Assembly: GCA_964016885.1 (NCBI GenBank)
Contig: OZ024740.1
Location: 181,164,001 to 181,228,000, forward strand
Reading direction: 5' to 3'
DNA length: 64,000 nt
Source of the DNA: Eledone cirrhosa
Taxonomy: Eukaryota
Shown here: positions 41,965 to 54,846 of the stretch, one piece after another
Layout: each line of letters opens with the position of its first letter
How positions within the stretch are numbered: position 1 is the stretch's first letter
The notes under the pieces: generated by a model
The model's database searches: none
What the model was told of the DNA's origin: nothing
Seen by the model: only the letters and a program-made list of their open reading frames with translations
Position numbers and translations under genes: made by a program

Positions 41965-42118
41965 TTCATTATTTAACGATCGTTTCTAGGACATATATGT
42001 GTTAGAATTGGCATGCATATTCAACAGATCTATGTACAAAATTATACAAAATTATACAAACTATCAAAATTAAATATACATACCAACACATATATATGCC
42101 GTCTTCAGAAATAATGAA
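41965..42118 (-). ncRNA. Type I hammerhead ribozyme with extended stem II
   Basis: Reverse complement of 46571-46724. Confidence 0.75.
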
Positions 42119-42732
42119 ATATATTTATTGATAATAACAACAATTCAAAATTACAGGTCTGTTTGGGAACAGAGTTCAAATTGACCAATGAAAACACAAA
42201 AAGTTTATACAGTTAGGTGTATGTATATATGTAAGTAACTTCGTTCACAGATATGCATACAAATATATATGTTCACATGCATGCGCATGCCGAAAAGATG
42301 TATGTAAATACAAAAATTCAGGGCTAATGTCTCTGTATGTTTATAATCTACAGATACAATACGTATACGCATATAAACATATAAATATAAAAATAAATAT
42401 ATACACATTCATATACTCACACATATACATACATTCACACACACACGCGCGTATACGCATAAACATACACACAACCACGAACATACATACACACACACAC
42501 CCCACACACATATATGTGTATATACTATTATCATAAGCATATGCACATTAATGCGCGCACATAAACACTGCCACACGTATTAAGATCTAGATACAGAAAG
42601 TAGGTGGGGGGGGGAAGAAGTCAGTATTTACTGGTGTCAGCAAACTGCCTATTTATAAATGTATCTATGAATTTAGAAATAAAAAGAAAAAGAAAAAAGA
42701 AAAATATTAAGAAAATATATATATATATATAT

Positions 42733-42798
<66 letters not shown>

Positions 42799-42822
42799 AA
42801 GTAAAATATAAAATATACATCG

Positions 42823-42854
<32 letters not shown>

Positions 42855-43064
42855 ATACATATACATACATATACATACACATATACATAAACACATACAT
42901 ACACATACATATACATACACACACCATATAAATACACATACACATACACACACGCATACATATAGAGACACATACATATACACATAAAAATACATAGACA
43001 TATACATATATACACACATGTATATATATATATACACACACATACATACATATATACATTCACA

Positions 43065-43135
<71 letters not shown>

Positions 43136-43201
43136 CATATACATATATCTATACACATATATAAACACACTCATGTATATACACACATACACATACAAAC
43201 C

Positions 43202-43248
<47 letters not shown>

Positions 43249-43312
43249 ATACACACATATACACATACACACATACAAAGATATATATATATACACACAC
43301 ACATATAATATA

Positions 43313-43383
<71 letters not shown>

Positions 43384-43784
43384 TACATACACATGTATAC
43401 ATATACATACTCATACATAGACATACATATATACACACACACACATACACACATACATATACGCATATATACACATACATACACATCCATGTATGCGTAT
43501 ACACATACAAACACAACCACACGCTCACACAACTCAGACATACATAAATAAAGGGATATACATACACATATATACATATATAAATAGAGATACATATACA
43601 CATATAAATATATACACACATACACACACACACACATATACATACACACATACATATATATACACACACATATACATACATATACATATATATATAAAAA
43701 TAAAGAAATAAAAGAAATAAATAAATAAATTAATTAATACACACAGTCAGACAAATATGCACACACATACATGTACACATATAT

Positions 43785-43865
<81 letters not shown>

Positions 43866-43935
43866 CATATACATACATATATATATACACATACACACAT
43901 CAACTACAAATATATATATATATATATATATATAT

Positions 43936-44315
43936 GGAAAGTTATATTTAAATTGTTGGGTTACAACTAGTAAATATTTATAACTGATATAAACGCACTC
44001 AACAAGTATTTGGAGTATATTTACGATACTAAATAAATGGAAACTACATCTACAAAACCATATCTATTTCATCATACATACCTCAGGGACATCACACTAA
44101 CAATATGCTATGCCTTCCTCAGACAAAATACTGCCAAATCAACTTTTCAAATACAAGTCGATGTTGAACGGTATGTCAAATCTATTTATTTATAAAACTG
44201 TCTATATTGTATTTTGTCTGAAGAAGGCACAACACATCGTCAATATGACATCCCTGAAACATATATAATGAAACAAACATGGCCCTACAAATACAGCCTC
44301 CATTCATTCAACATC

Positions 44316-44318
<3 letters not shown>
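43936..44318 (-). mobile_element. Nested foldback whose arms differ only by minus-strand G-U pairs
   Basis: Arms 44022-44131 and 44209-44318 (110 bp, 32 differences, no indels or transversions); loop 44132-44208; tail 43936-44021; HHR motif CTGAAGA-AGG...CCT-GAAAC-ATAT-ATA at 44213-44272 (+). Confidence 0.88.
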
Positions 44319-44367
<49 letters not shown>

Positions 44368-44477
44368 TCACATATACATGCGCACATACGTACATATATA
44401 CACATACACACATATACACATAGACGTGCATATGCGCATACATATACATACACACATATACCCACATAAATACATAG

Positions 44478-44520
<43 letters not shown>

Positions 44521-45226
44521 TATACATATATATACATATATATATATATACATACAATCATACACCCTTATTTACATGCGCACATATGTATTTTTATACT
44601 CACATACAAACACCCAAACATACATACCTACCTACATATACATACATACATCCACGCTTACAAATGGAAATAATAATAGGGGGGGGGGGGATTATAGTAA
44701 ATATAGGTTTCAAGAAACATAGAATATTAATCTGCATTTAGATCATAATATATGTTTACATAGTAGTTTCAGTATTAGGAAATGTAAGAAAGAAGGCAAA
44801 ATTATGCATTTTAATATAAGTAGACTATTAATTATAGGTTAACTAAATTAAAGATAGTTATTATATTGATTTCTAAGGTGTATACTACTTAGGTTTATAA
44901 TATTTGAAGCGGAATTTTGAAGTTAAATAGTAGTAGAGTATTAATTATAGTATAACTAAATTAAAATTATTAACATTATGGTATCAATATTAGGAAATGA
45001 ATTTAGTAATAGGGAAAAAAACAAAATAAAGTATTACATCGGTAGTAGAATATAAATTATAGGTTAACTAAATTAAAATGTGGGCGTGTGGTTGTGTTTG
45101 TATGTGTATACGCATACATGGATGTGTATGTATGTGTATATATGCGTATATGTATGTGTGTATGTGTGTGTGTGTATATATGTATGTCTATGTATGAGTA
45201 TGTATATGTATGTATGTGTATGTATA

Positions 45227-45267
<41 letters not shown>

Positions 45268-45338
45268 TATATTATATGTGTGTGTGTATATATATATATA
45301 TATATCTTTGTATGTGTGTATGTGTATATGTGTGTATG

Positions 45339-45384
<46 letters not shown>

Positions 45385-45438
45385 GGTTTGTATGTGTATG
45401 TGTGTATATACATGAGTGTGTTTATATATGTGTATAGA

Positions 45439-45513
<75 letters not shown>

Positions 45514-45657
45514 TGTGAATGTATATATGTATATGTCTATGTATTTTTATGTGTATATGTATGTGTCTCTATATGTATGCGTGTGTGTATGTGTATTTAT
45601 ATGGTGTGTGTATGTATATGTATGTGTATGTATGTGTTTATGTATATGTGTATGTAT

Positions 45658-45689
<32 letters not shown>

Positions 45690-45723
45690 GTATGTATATC
45701 GATGTATATTTTATATTTTATTT

Positions 45724-45771
<48 letters not shown>

Positions 45772-45807
45772 ATACTTTGGGAGGGTCATGTTGATTTAGA
45801 AGAACTA

Positions 45808-45858
<51 letters not shown>

Positions 45859-45898
45859 TGTTATACTTTGGGAGGGTCATGTTGATTTAGAAGAACTA

Positions 45899-45953
<55 letters not shown>

Positions 45954-46570
45954 ATATATATATATATATATATTTTTTTTATATTTTTCTTTTTTCTTTT
46001 TCTTTTTATTTCTAAATTTATAGATACATTTATAAATAGGCAGTTTGCTGACACCAGTAAATACTGACCTCTTCCCCCCCCCCCCCACCTACTTTCTGTA
46101 TCTGGATCTTAATATGTGTGGCAGTGTTTATGTGCGCGCATTAATGTCCATATGCTTATGATAATAGTATATACACATATATGTGTGTGGGGGGGGGTGT
46201 ATGTATGTTCGTTGTTGTGTGTATGTTTATGCGTATACGCGCGTGTGTGTGTGAATGTATGTATATGTGTGAGTATATGAATGTGTATATATTTATTTTT
46301 ATATTTATATGTTTATATGCGTACACGTATTTTATCTGTAGATTATAAACATACAGAGACATTAGCCCTGAATCTTTGTATTTACATACATCTTTTCGGC
46401 ATGCGCATGCATGTGAACATATATATTTTTATGTATATCTGTGAACGAAGTTACTTACATATATACATACACCTAACTGTATAAACTTTTTGTGTTTTCA
46501 TTGGTCAATTTGAACTCTGTTCCCAAACAGACCTGTAATTTTGAATTGTTGTTATTATCAATAAATATAT

Positions 46571-46724
46571 TTCATTATTTCTGAAGACGGCATATATATG
46601 TGTTGGTATGTATATTTAATTTTGATAGTTTGTATAATTTTGTATAATTTTGTACATAGATCTGTTGAATATGCATGCCAATTCTAACACATATATATCC
46701 TAGAAACGATCGTTAAATAATGAA
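46571..46724 (+). ncRNA. Type I hammerhead ribozyme with extended stem II
   Basis: TTCATTATTT-CTGAAGA-cGGcATATATATGTGTTGG...CTAACACATATATATCCta-GAAAC-GATC-GTT-AAATAATGAA: 10-bp stem I and palindromic stem III. Confidence 0.78.
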
Positions 46725-46782
46725 CTTTTTTTGTTTAATATAAGGAACTGTTTCATTGTTTTATTCATTATTTTTTTAATAC

Positions 46783-47532
<750 letters not shown>

Positions 47533-47580
47533 TATACAATATATTCATATATATGTATGTATATATATATATATATATAT

Positions 47581-47728
47581 TCGAAGACGTGGTAAGGAAC
47601 CAGATGGACTACAACGCACCAGAGTACTCAATACCTAGGTTAGTAGAGTGGGTGATAGGAAAATGTTTATCCCCAAGGGCAGATCTTAAGCCGTTTCGAC
47701 GGCTATTTCTGGAGTCAGTCCAGAAAAA
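47581..47728 (-). mobile_element. Solo terminus of the 10607/21941 family
   Basis: GTGGTAAGGAACCAGATGGACTACAACGCACCAGAGTACTCAATAC...AAGCCGTTTCGACGGCTATTTCTGGA. Confidence 0.75.
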
Positions 47729-47747
47729 CATATATATACTATAAAGT

Positions 47748-48722
47748 ATGTCCATAGAATCATTTGATAATATATATATACACGATTTCCTCTCCCAATT
47801 AGCATAATTAACCACACAAAAATCAATTAGACCAGGCTATAAGATTAAAAGGCACCTATGAATAAATAGTAGATAAATAAACGACAGCAATCTATTCGCA
47901 ACCAACGGCTATAGAACATTTACCCAACATTTCAATAGCACGTGTAAATCGATTAAATATACCGTCAACCATACAGAATTAGGTATGAAATTAAAGTTAG
48001 AAGAGAAAATGCATATACACATACTAGGATTACGTTTCTACCCTTAGGGTTACGTTCGCTTTTGGAAATATCCTATTAAGGATACAATCCCGAGCTTCGA
48101 ACTCACCAGGAAACAAACTGATTTGCACAAAGAATTTTCTTAAGTGATCCCCGCCAGAAACGAATTCAAAATGGCTAAGAATGTGACGTGGCAGTGGTCA
48201 AGTCAGAAAGAATGTAATTGGTTGCTTACGGCGAGTGGGCTGGTTGCTAGAAAGCGCAGCCCAATATTGCCTTAATTGCATCTTAACCTTATGGGAGATT
48301 ATTAAATATAAAGATTTACATATACACAAATTAGACAAAGTCACAGATATATATGTTTTGGCAACCATTCGCGATGTGGCTCGATGATTAATTAATAAAT
48401 TAAATAATCAGAGCAATATACTTTAAAACATGTCCATAGAATCATTTGATAATATATATACACCATTGCCTCTCCCAATTAGCATATTTAACCACTCAAA
48501 AAATCAATTTGACCAGGCTATAAGATTAAAAGGTACCTATGAAGAAATAGTAGACAAATAAACGACAGCAATCTATTCGCGACCAACCGCTATAGCATAG
48601 TTACCCAACATTTCAATAGCACGTGGAAATCGATTAAATATACCTCATTGAGCCACATCGTGAATGGTTGCCAAAACATATATATCTGTGACTTTGTCTA
48701 GTTTGTGTATATGTAAATCTTT
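47748..48722. repeat. ~215-bp direct repeat (47748-47963, 48430-48643) plus ~70-bp inverted repeat (48310-48385, 48650-48722)
   Basis: ATGTCCATAGAATCATTTGATAATATATATA...AATCGATTAAATATACC occurs twice; AGATTTACATATACACAAA...GGCAACCATTC is inverted. Probably rearranged PLE ends. Confidence 0.7.
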
Positions 48723-48871
48723 ATATATATATATATAGTGATATCAAATTTCGTAAGTACGATAATAATTTTCAAACTAAACTGTCTAACGATATTTCTA
48801 ATTTTAAAAATTCTACAAACACTTTTGTTCTTTCCGATAAAACTAAACATCTCTTTGAAGTTAATAGTATT

Positions 48872-49921
48872 TTGTATAACCAACTTTTAACTAATAGTAT
48901 CACCAACAAATATCAATTAACTAATAATAATACCTACAATACTATTAATAAAGAAGCTAGTTCTTTAAAAATAGACAACCGGATTGAAAGTCTAGCTAAA
49001 CGTAAAGCATTTATTGCCCTTAAAGACCATAAATTAGACTTTACTAATCGACCTAGTTGTAGACTGATTAACCCGGCTAAATCCGAAGTTGGCCTTGCAA
49101 GTAAAAACATCTTCAGAAAAATAATTCTCCAAATTAGAACTAAGAATGACCTATCACAATGGTTAAATACATCCGCTGTTATTTCTTGGTTTAATAATAT
49201 ACAAGGTAAAATTAAGTGTAGATCTACCCAATTTGATATTGTTGATTTTTACCCCTCTATTACTGTTTCCTTATTAACTAATGCCTTAGAGTTTGCAAGA
49301 CCCTTCATTAATATTTCTAAATTAGAAGACATTATCTTTCATGCTAGAAAAACTTTACTCTTTACTAATGAAAGTATTTGGGTTAAAAAGTCAAACCCTG
49401 AAAACTCTTTTGATGTTGCAATGGGTTCACATGACAGTGCGGATGTGTGTGGCTTAGTAGGATTATTCCTTCTCCAAACCCTCAAAGAGAAATTTCCTTC
49501 CCATAATATCGGTTTATACCGTGACGACGGATTGGCAGTTTCTCATACCACCAACGGCCATAACCTTGATAAATTCCGTAAAGATTTAATCAATACTTTT
49601 GCTAATCTTAACCTTACATTTACTATAGATACGAACCTTACCAATGCTAACTTTCTTGACATTAATCTTGATCTACTTACTGCCTCTTTTAAACCTTATC
49701 ATAAACCTAACGAAAATCTTAGATATATACACAAAGAGTCTTGCCATCTCCCTATAGTTTTTAAAAATCTTAATCCCAACATTAGCGGTAGGATTTCTAC
49801 CTTATCTTCGTCTCTAAACATTTTTAATAAAGCCCTTAGTAACAGCGGATTTACAGAACAAATTAATGATTTACCCCCCCCCCCCCCCAAACTAACCACA
49901 ATAATAGGAAAAGGAAAATGA
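48872..49921 (+). CDS. PLE reverse transcriptase (Naiad-like), 5'-truncated
   Basis: AFIALKDHKLDF...CRLINPAKSEVG; FDIVDFYPSI; FDVAMGSHDSADVCGLVG; GLYRDDGL; NFLDINLDL...PYHKPN. Confidence 0.9.
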   Translation: MYNQLLTNSITNKYQLTNNNTYNTINKEASSLKIDNRIESLAKRKAFIALKDHKLDFTNRPSCRLINPAKSEVGLASKNIFRKIILQIRTKNDLSQWLNTSAVISWFNNIQGKIKCRSTQFDIVDFYPSITVSLLTNALEFARPFINISKLEDIIFHARKTLLFTNESIWVKKSNPENSFDVAMGSHDSADVCGLVGLFLLQTLKEKFPSHNIGLYRDDGLAVSHTTNGHNLDKFRKDLINTFANLNLTFTIDTNLTNANFLDINLDLLTASFKPYHKPNENLRYIHKESCHLPIVFKNLNPNISGRISTLSSSLNIFNKALSNSGFTEQINDLPPPPPKLTTIIGKGK

Positions 49922-50560
49922 TTTGGTTTATACCCTCCTTCTCTCCAACTGTCAAAACGAATGTAGGAAGCAAATTCCTTGACCTCTTAGATAAACATTT
50001 TCCTCCTAATCATAGATATTATTAGATATTTAATAGAAATGTTGTTAAGATCAGTTACTCTTGTTGCCCATCAATGAAATCTAAGATCACTAATTCAAAT
50101 CGTACGAAAACAAATCCAGGATGCAGTTACAGGAAGCCGGCTGAATGCCCATTACAGGGCAAATGTAACACCAAATCCGTTGTATATGAGGCCAAAGTAA
50201 CACCTTTAATCAACAACCAGCCAGCCAGGATTGAACAATATGTTGGCATGACCCAGGACAGGTTTAAAACCAGGTTTTATTCACATGTCGCTTCTTTTAA
50301 GCACTCCGATAAAAGAACAGCAACGGCCCTCGCAAGTAAGGTGTGGGAATTCAAGGATAAAAACATCCCGTACTCTATTGATTGGTCTATTTTAGACCAT
50401 TCGAGGGAGTAGCAAAGGGGCACAAAGAATTGTTCTTTGTGTACCACGGAAAAATATAGGATTTTACAAAACTTGAAAGCCACTTATGCTTGTCTGAACT
50501 CAAAGACCGAGATCTTCAGATGTTGTCTTCACCTGAATTCACATCTGATCTGCAACTGAA
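49918..50560 (+). pseudogene. PLE linker and GIY-YIG endonuclease, frameshifted from the RT
   Basis: IWFIPSF...IFNRNVVKISYSC; CPLQGKCNTKSVVYEAKV...QYVGMTQDRFKTRFYSHVASF...IDWSIL; stop at 50410-50412; then CSLCTTEK...LNSKTEIFRCCLH. Confidence 0.85.
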
Positions 50561-50791
50561 TTGACACTTCTACGATAACTCAACCACCTTGAACTCCTTC
50601 TCGGCTCTCTACGCCTTACTTCCACTACAGTTTTTTTACCTTCTGAATTCACTTTCTGTACTCTCGTATTCTCTTTCTCCCTTATCTCCCCTTATATTTA
50701 AACCTTTTCCTAAGTCATTTATTTTCCTTATTTTCCCTCCTACTTTCTGCCTTACCCTTCACATACCCAATTTTTTATTTTTTTATTTTTA

Positions 50792-50913
50792 TTTTTAGAT
50801 ATTTATTTGTGTGTGTGTGCGTGTGTGTTGCGTATATGTGTGTATATATGTATATATATATATATATATATACGCAACACACACGCACACACACACAAAT
50901 AAATATCTAAAAA
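50792..50913. repeat. Short inverted repeat around a (TA)n core
   Basis: TTTTTAGATATTTATTTGTGTGTGTGTGCGTGTGTGTTGCGTATAT ... ATATACGCAACACACACGCACACACACACAAATAAATATCTAAAAA. Confidence 0.75.
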
Positions 50914-51061
50914 AAAAAATTAAAAAAAAAAAATTAAAAAAAAATAAAAAAAAATATATATGTGTATATATATATCTGTATGTATATGTATATGTATATA
51001 CATTTGTATTTTATATGCTTCTGTTGTATTTGTGCGTGTGTCTATATATATATATATATAT

Positions 51062-51326
51062 ATATTGTTATACTTGGGGAGGGTCATATTTGCGTAATAT
51101 TGCCAGAATTAATAACAGAACACACTCACTGTTTGGTTGGTTTTCGCTTCTCGCTGTCTTTTATATCTGTGATCTAACTTACTCGGTCCTCAATATTGCC
51201 ATTGACCAACCAACCAAACAGTGAGTGTGTTCTGTTATTAATCCTGGCAATATTACGCAAATATGACCCTCCCCAAGTATAACAATATCTGTTTCGACAC
51301 ACGATTTCATATAAAAAACCTCGCTA

Positions 51327-51330
<4 letters not shown>
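51062..51330. mobile_element. Mini foldback with right-hand tail, related to the 3' end of the 58995-61255 PLE
   Basis: Arms 51062-51142 and 51208-51288. The terminus ATATTGTTATACTT(T/G)GGGAGGGT also occurs at 45764, 45855 and 59046. Confidence 0.82.
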
Positions 51331-51374
<44 letters not shown>

Positions 51375-51813
51375 ATGTATGTGTGTATATATAGATTTAA
51401 TGTGTGCGTGTGGGCGTGTGTACATTTGTGCGTGTATATGTATTTTTATATAATGGTTTTGTGTGTATATATATAATAGCCTCAGAAACGGCTTGAGTTC
51501 TGCCGTGGTGTCAGACTTTTTCCTATGTGTGTATATATATAGGTATATGTATATATGTGTATGTATGTGTGTGTGTATTTCTGTGGTTGTGTTTGTGTGT
51601 GTGTGTGTGTATGCATAATTACATACATTGATTTAATGCTTATTTTCATTGATCATTTGCTCCAGGAACTTGTTGAGTGCACTAAATGAGCTATAATCAT
51701 TTATACCCTTTTCTAATTATTTTTTATTTATTATTTGTCGTATTCCCAACTTTTTATTTTTTATATATACCATATTTATGCTTTATTATATATATAATAT
51801 TTATGTTTTTTCT

Positions 51814-51852
<39 letters not shown>

Positions 51853-51892
51853 ATGTATGCATGCATATGTATGTGTATGTATGTGCGTGTGC

Positions 51893-51954
<62 letters not shown>

Positions 51955-52109
51955 ATATATATGCATATATATATATTTTAGAGTTAAACAAGGTTCATAT
52001 GAATACATCTAAGAATGAGTTTTACACACATACATATGTGTGTGTTTCTATTTGTATGTATGTGTTTGTGATATGTATGCATATGTATGTGTATGTATGT
52101 ATGGATATG

Positions 52110-52178
<69 letters not shown>

Positions 52179-52874
52179 GTATGTGTGTGTATATATTTAT
52201 ATGTGTGTGTGTGTATATGTGTATGCGTATGTATGTGTATATGTAATTGTATATGTATGTGTATGTATGTACGTGTGTATATATGTATGATTGTGTGTAT
52301 GTATGTATGTATGTATGTATGTATGTGTGTATATATATGTGTATGTATATGTATGTATATGTATATATATATATGTGTGTATATATATATGTATGTGCGT
52401 ATATGTATGTGTGTATATATATATGTTTTTATATATATATGTATATATCCATGTATATGTGTGTGTGTGTATGTGTATGCATGTTTATGTATTTGTATGT
52501 ATGTGTATGTATGGATATGTTGATAATTATATGTGTATGTATGTGTATATGTATGTGTATGTATATATATATACACACATATATGTGTGTGTGTGTGTAT
52601 ATATATGTGTGTGTATGTATGTGTGTATGTATATATATGTGTATGTATATAATTGTGTGTGTGTGTGTGCGTGTGCATGTATGTTTAATTTTCCTTTGCT
52701 TCTCACTTTTCCAGCCTCACTTTCATATAGATTATATTTTTGTTTTTTAAAATTCAATGCCGATAAATCGATAAATAAAACAGGATTTTTTAATTCTGCT
52801 TATTGAAAGCAAAATTTGTTTGCTTTTAAGAAACCACTGGTAAATGAAAGAATTGCCTTATGTTGTTTATTACA

Positions 52875-52962
<88 letters not shown>

Positions 52963-52963
<1 letters not shown>

Positions 52964-53324
52964 TTTGGAGATACGAAATATTTATACATATCGTATAAAC
53001 CTATGCTTGAAGCGAAATATAATTTCTTTTTTATTATAAGCTGAGCCAACTTGTACAGCTTCATATGCAAATGAGATTAATCACCTCATTTACACAGACG
53101 AGAAAAGTATATATTCTCAGCTGTCTTCTAGTCGAGCAGTCGCAAGCGGTGGGAGGGTCAGCCCTGACGAAGGCCAGTTAAACCTGAAATGCATAGACGG
53201 TTGTCCCCCTTGCTTCTGTTGGACATCACCAGAGGGCGTAAGCCCCCCCCCCCGCCCCGGTGATTGCATTGCTATGGCTGCCTAAACCTGTATTTCTTTG
53301 GAGATACGAAATATTTATACATAT
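52963..53324 (+). mobile_element. 333-nt unit with 29-nt terminal direct repeat and one HHR (retrozyme-like monomer)
   Basis: CTTTGGAGATACGAAATATTTATACATAT at 52963-52991 and 53296-53324; (TA)n flanks. Confidence 0.65.
53159..53203 (+). ncRNA. Minimal hammerhead motif
   Basis: CAGCC-CTGACGA-AGG(ccagttaaa)CCT-GAAAT-GC-ATA-gacGGTTG; stem I is imperfect. Confidence 0.6.
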
Positions 53325-53750
53325 ATATATATGCATATATATCATTGGATGGGGTTACATACGAATTATGCTTGATATCATAGAGACTTATCAGAAATGA
53401 TTCACATATGTATAGAATTGTGAATAATGATATGACTAACGCCGTCTTAAGAACTATACCAAGCTAACAGGGCGCATTATTTTCTATGACTGCAATGCAT
53501 CTACCTTCAGCCGTTCTATTTCCATATTGTTCTCACTTATATATTAAGTAGTAAAACAGGTTGAACAATCGGGACGAAGTGAGAAAATAATCAAAGCAAA
53601 GCGTCATATTTCATCAAAGATGCAATCATCAGAGATGAAACACAAAACCTTTTTCCAAAACTTTACAATCATCTAAAACACGAATGTCTTAACGTGTGAC
53701 TCTCTCTCTATATATAAGTATGTATATATATATGTATATATATATATATC

Positions 53751-54755
53751 CAGGGGTGTAACTTGGAGTTACTGCATGTTCACCCGGGAGAGCACTCGAT
53801 GTTTAGGTTCACTTCTGTGATGAGGTGTAGAGCTATACAGAGTGTAATATATTGAAAGTATAACAAGGACGATTGGTTATTCCTTCATTACATTTACTGG
53901 TAGGCGACGCGCGTTTCGCCACTGATCAGCTCAAATTTCGATCTGTATCGATCCTACCCGACTCAATGATCAGCAGCTGGACGGACCCTTTAAAACGCTA
54001 TAAGAAAATGAAATACATGCTATGTGGTAAAGACAGAAGTTCCGGAGTTTGACAATACGAATTGTTTTGATTGGTGGGAAGGATCAAAGGGATGTTCTGG
54101 CCTGTAGTGTATGTGGGGGTGGATGTGATGATAATATGTTGGTGACGGACTCTGGTTGTGATGGGCTGTGGTGTGATGATGGCTGATTGGCTTTGGCCTG
54201 TAGTGTATGTGGGGGTGGATGTGATGATAAGATGGTGGTGACGGTCGCTGACTGGGATGGGCTGTGGTGTGGGGGTAGTGGGTTGTCGGTACGGGTTGGC
54301 GTGTGTTGGGTGTGGTTGTGTTGTTGTTGTTTATGGTAGTGGTGATATGGTGGATGTATTGGTAGTGTCGAGTCCATGGGAAGATACATACCTAGACACT
54401 CTTAGTCTGACAAATACGTTGTGTATATATATATACATGCGCATATATACTGATATATATTCATATGTATACACTCATATACACACACATACACGCGCCC
54501 ACATAGATCCAGACTTACATATATCTATATGCATATATACACACATGTATGTGCATGCGGCGTGTGGATGTATATAGAGAGAGTGGGGGTGGCGTAGACC
54601 AAAGATAGAGGGAAATTGAGAGCCAATGGAGATGGTGTTGTACATATAGACATACACATACATACACACATACGGATATGCACATATGCACGTACACACA
54701 CGTATACATAAACATACACATACACACACATACATAAATACATATATACACACGC

Positions 54756-54846
<91 letters not shown>

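Larger units (their letters stand above)
41770..46778. mobile_element. 5-kb non-coding foldback with HHR-bearing, microsatellite-rich arms
   Basis: Arms ~41910-43528 and ~45079-46778 (ORFs 42205/46281 and 42327/46156 mirror each other); tail ~41770-41909. Confidence 0.85.
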
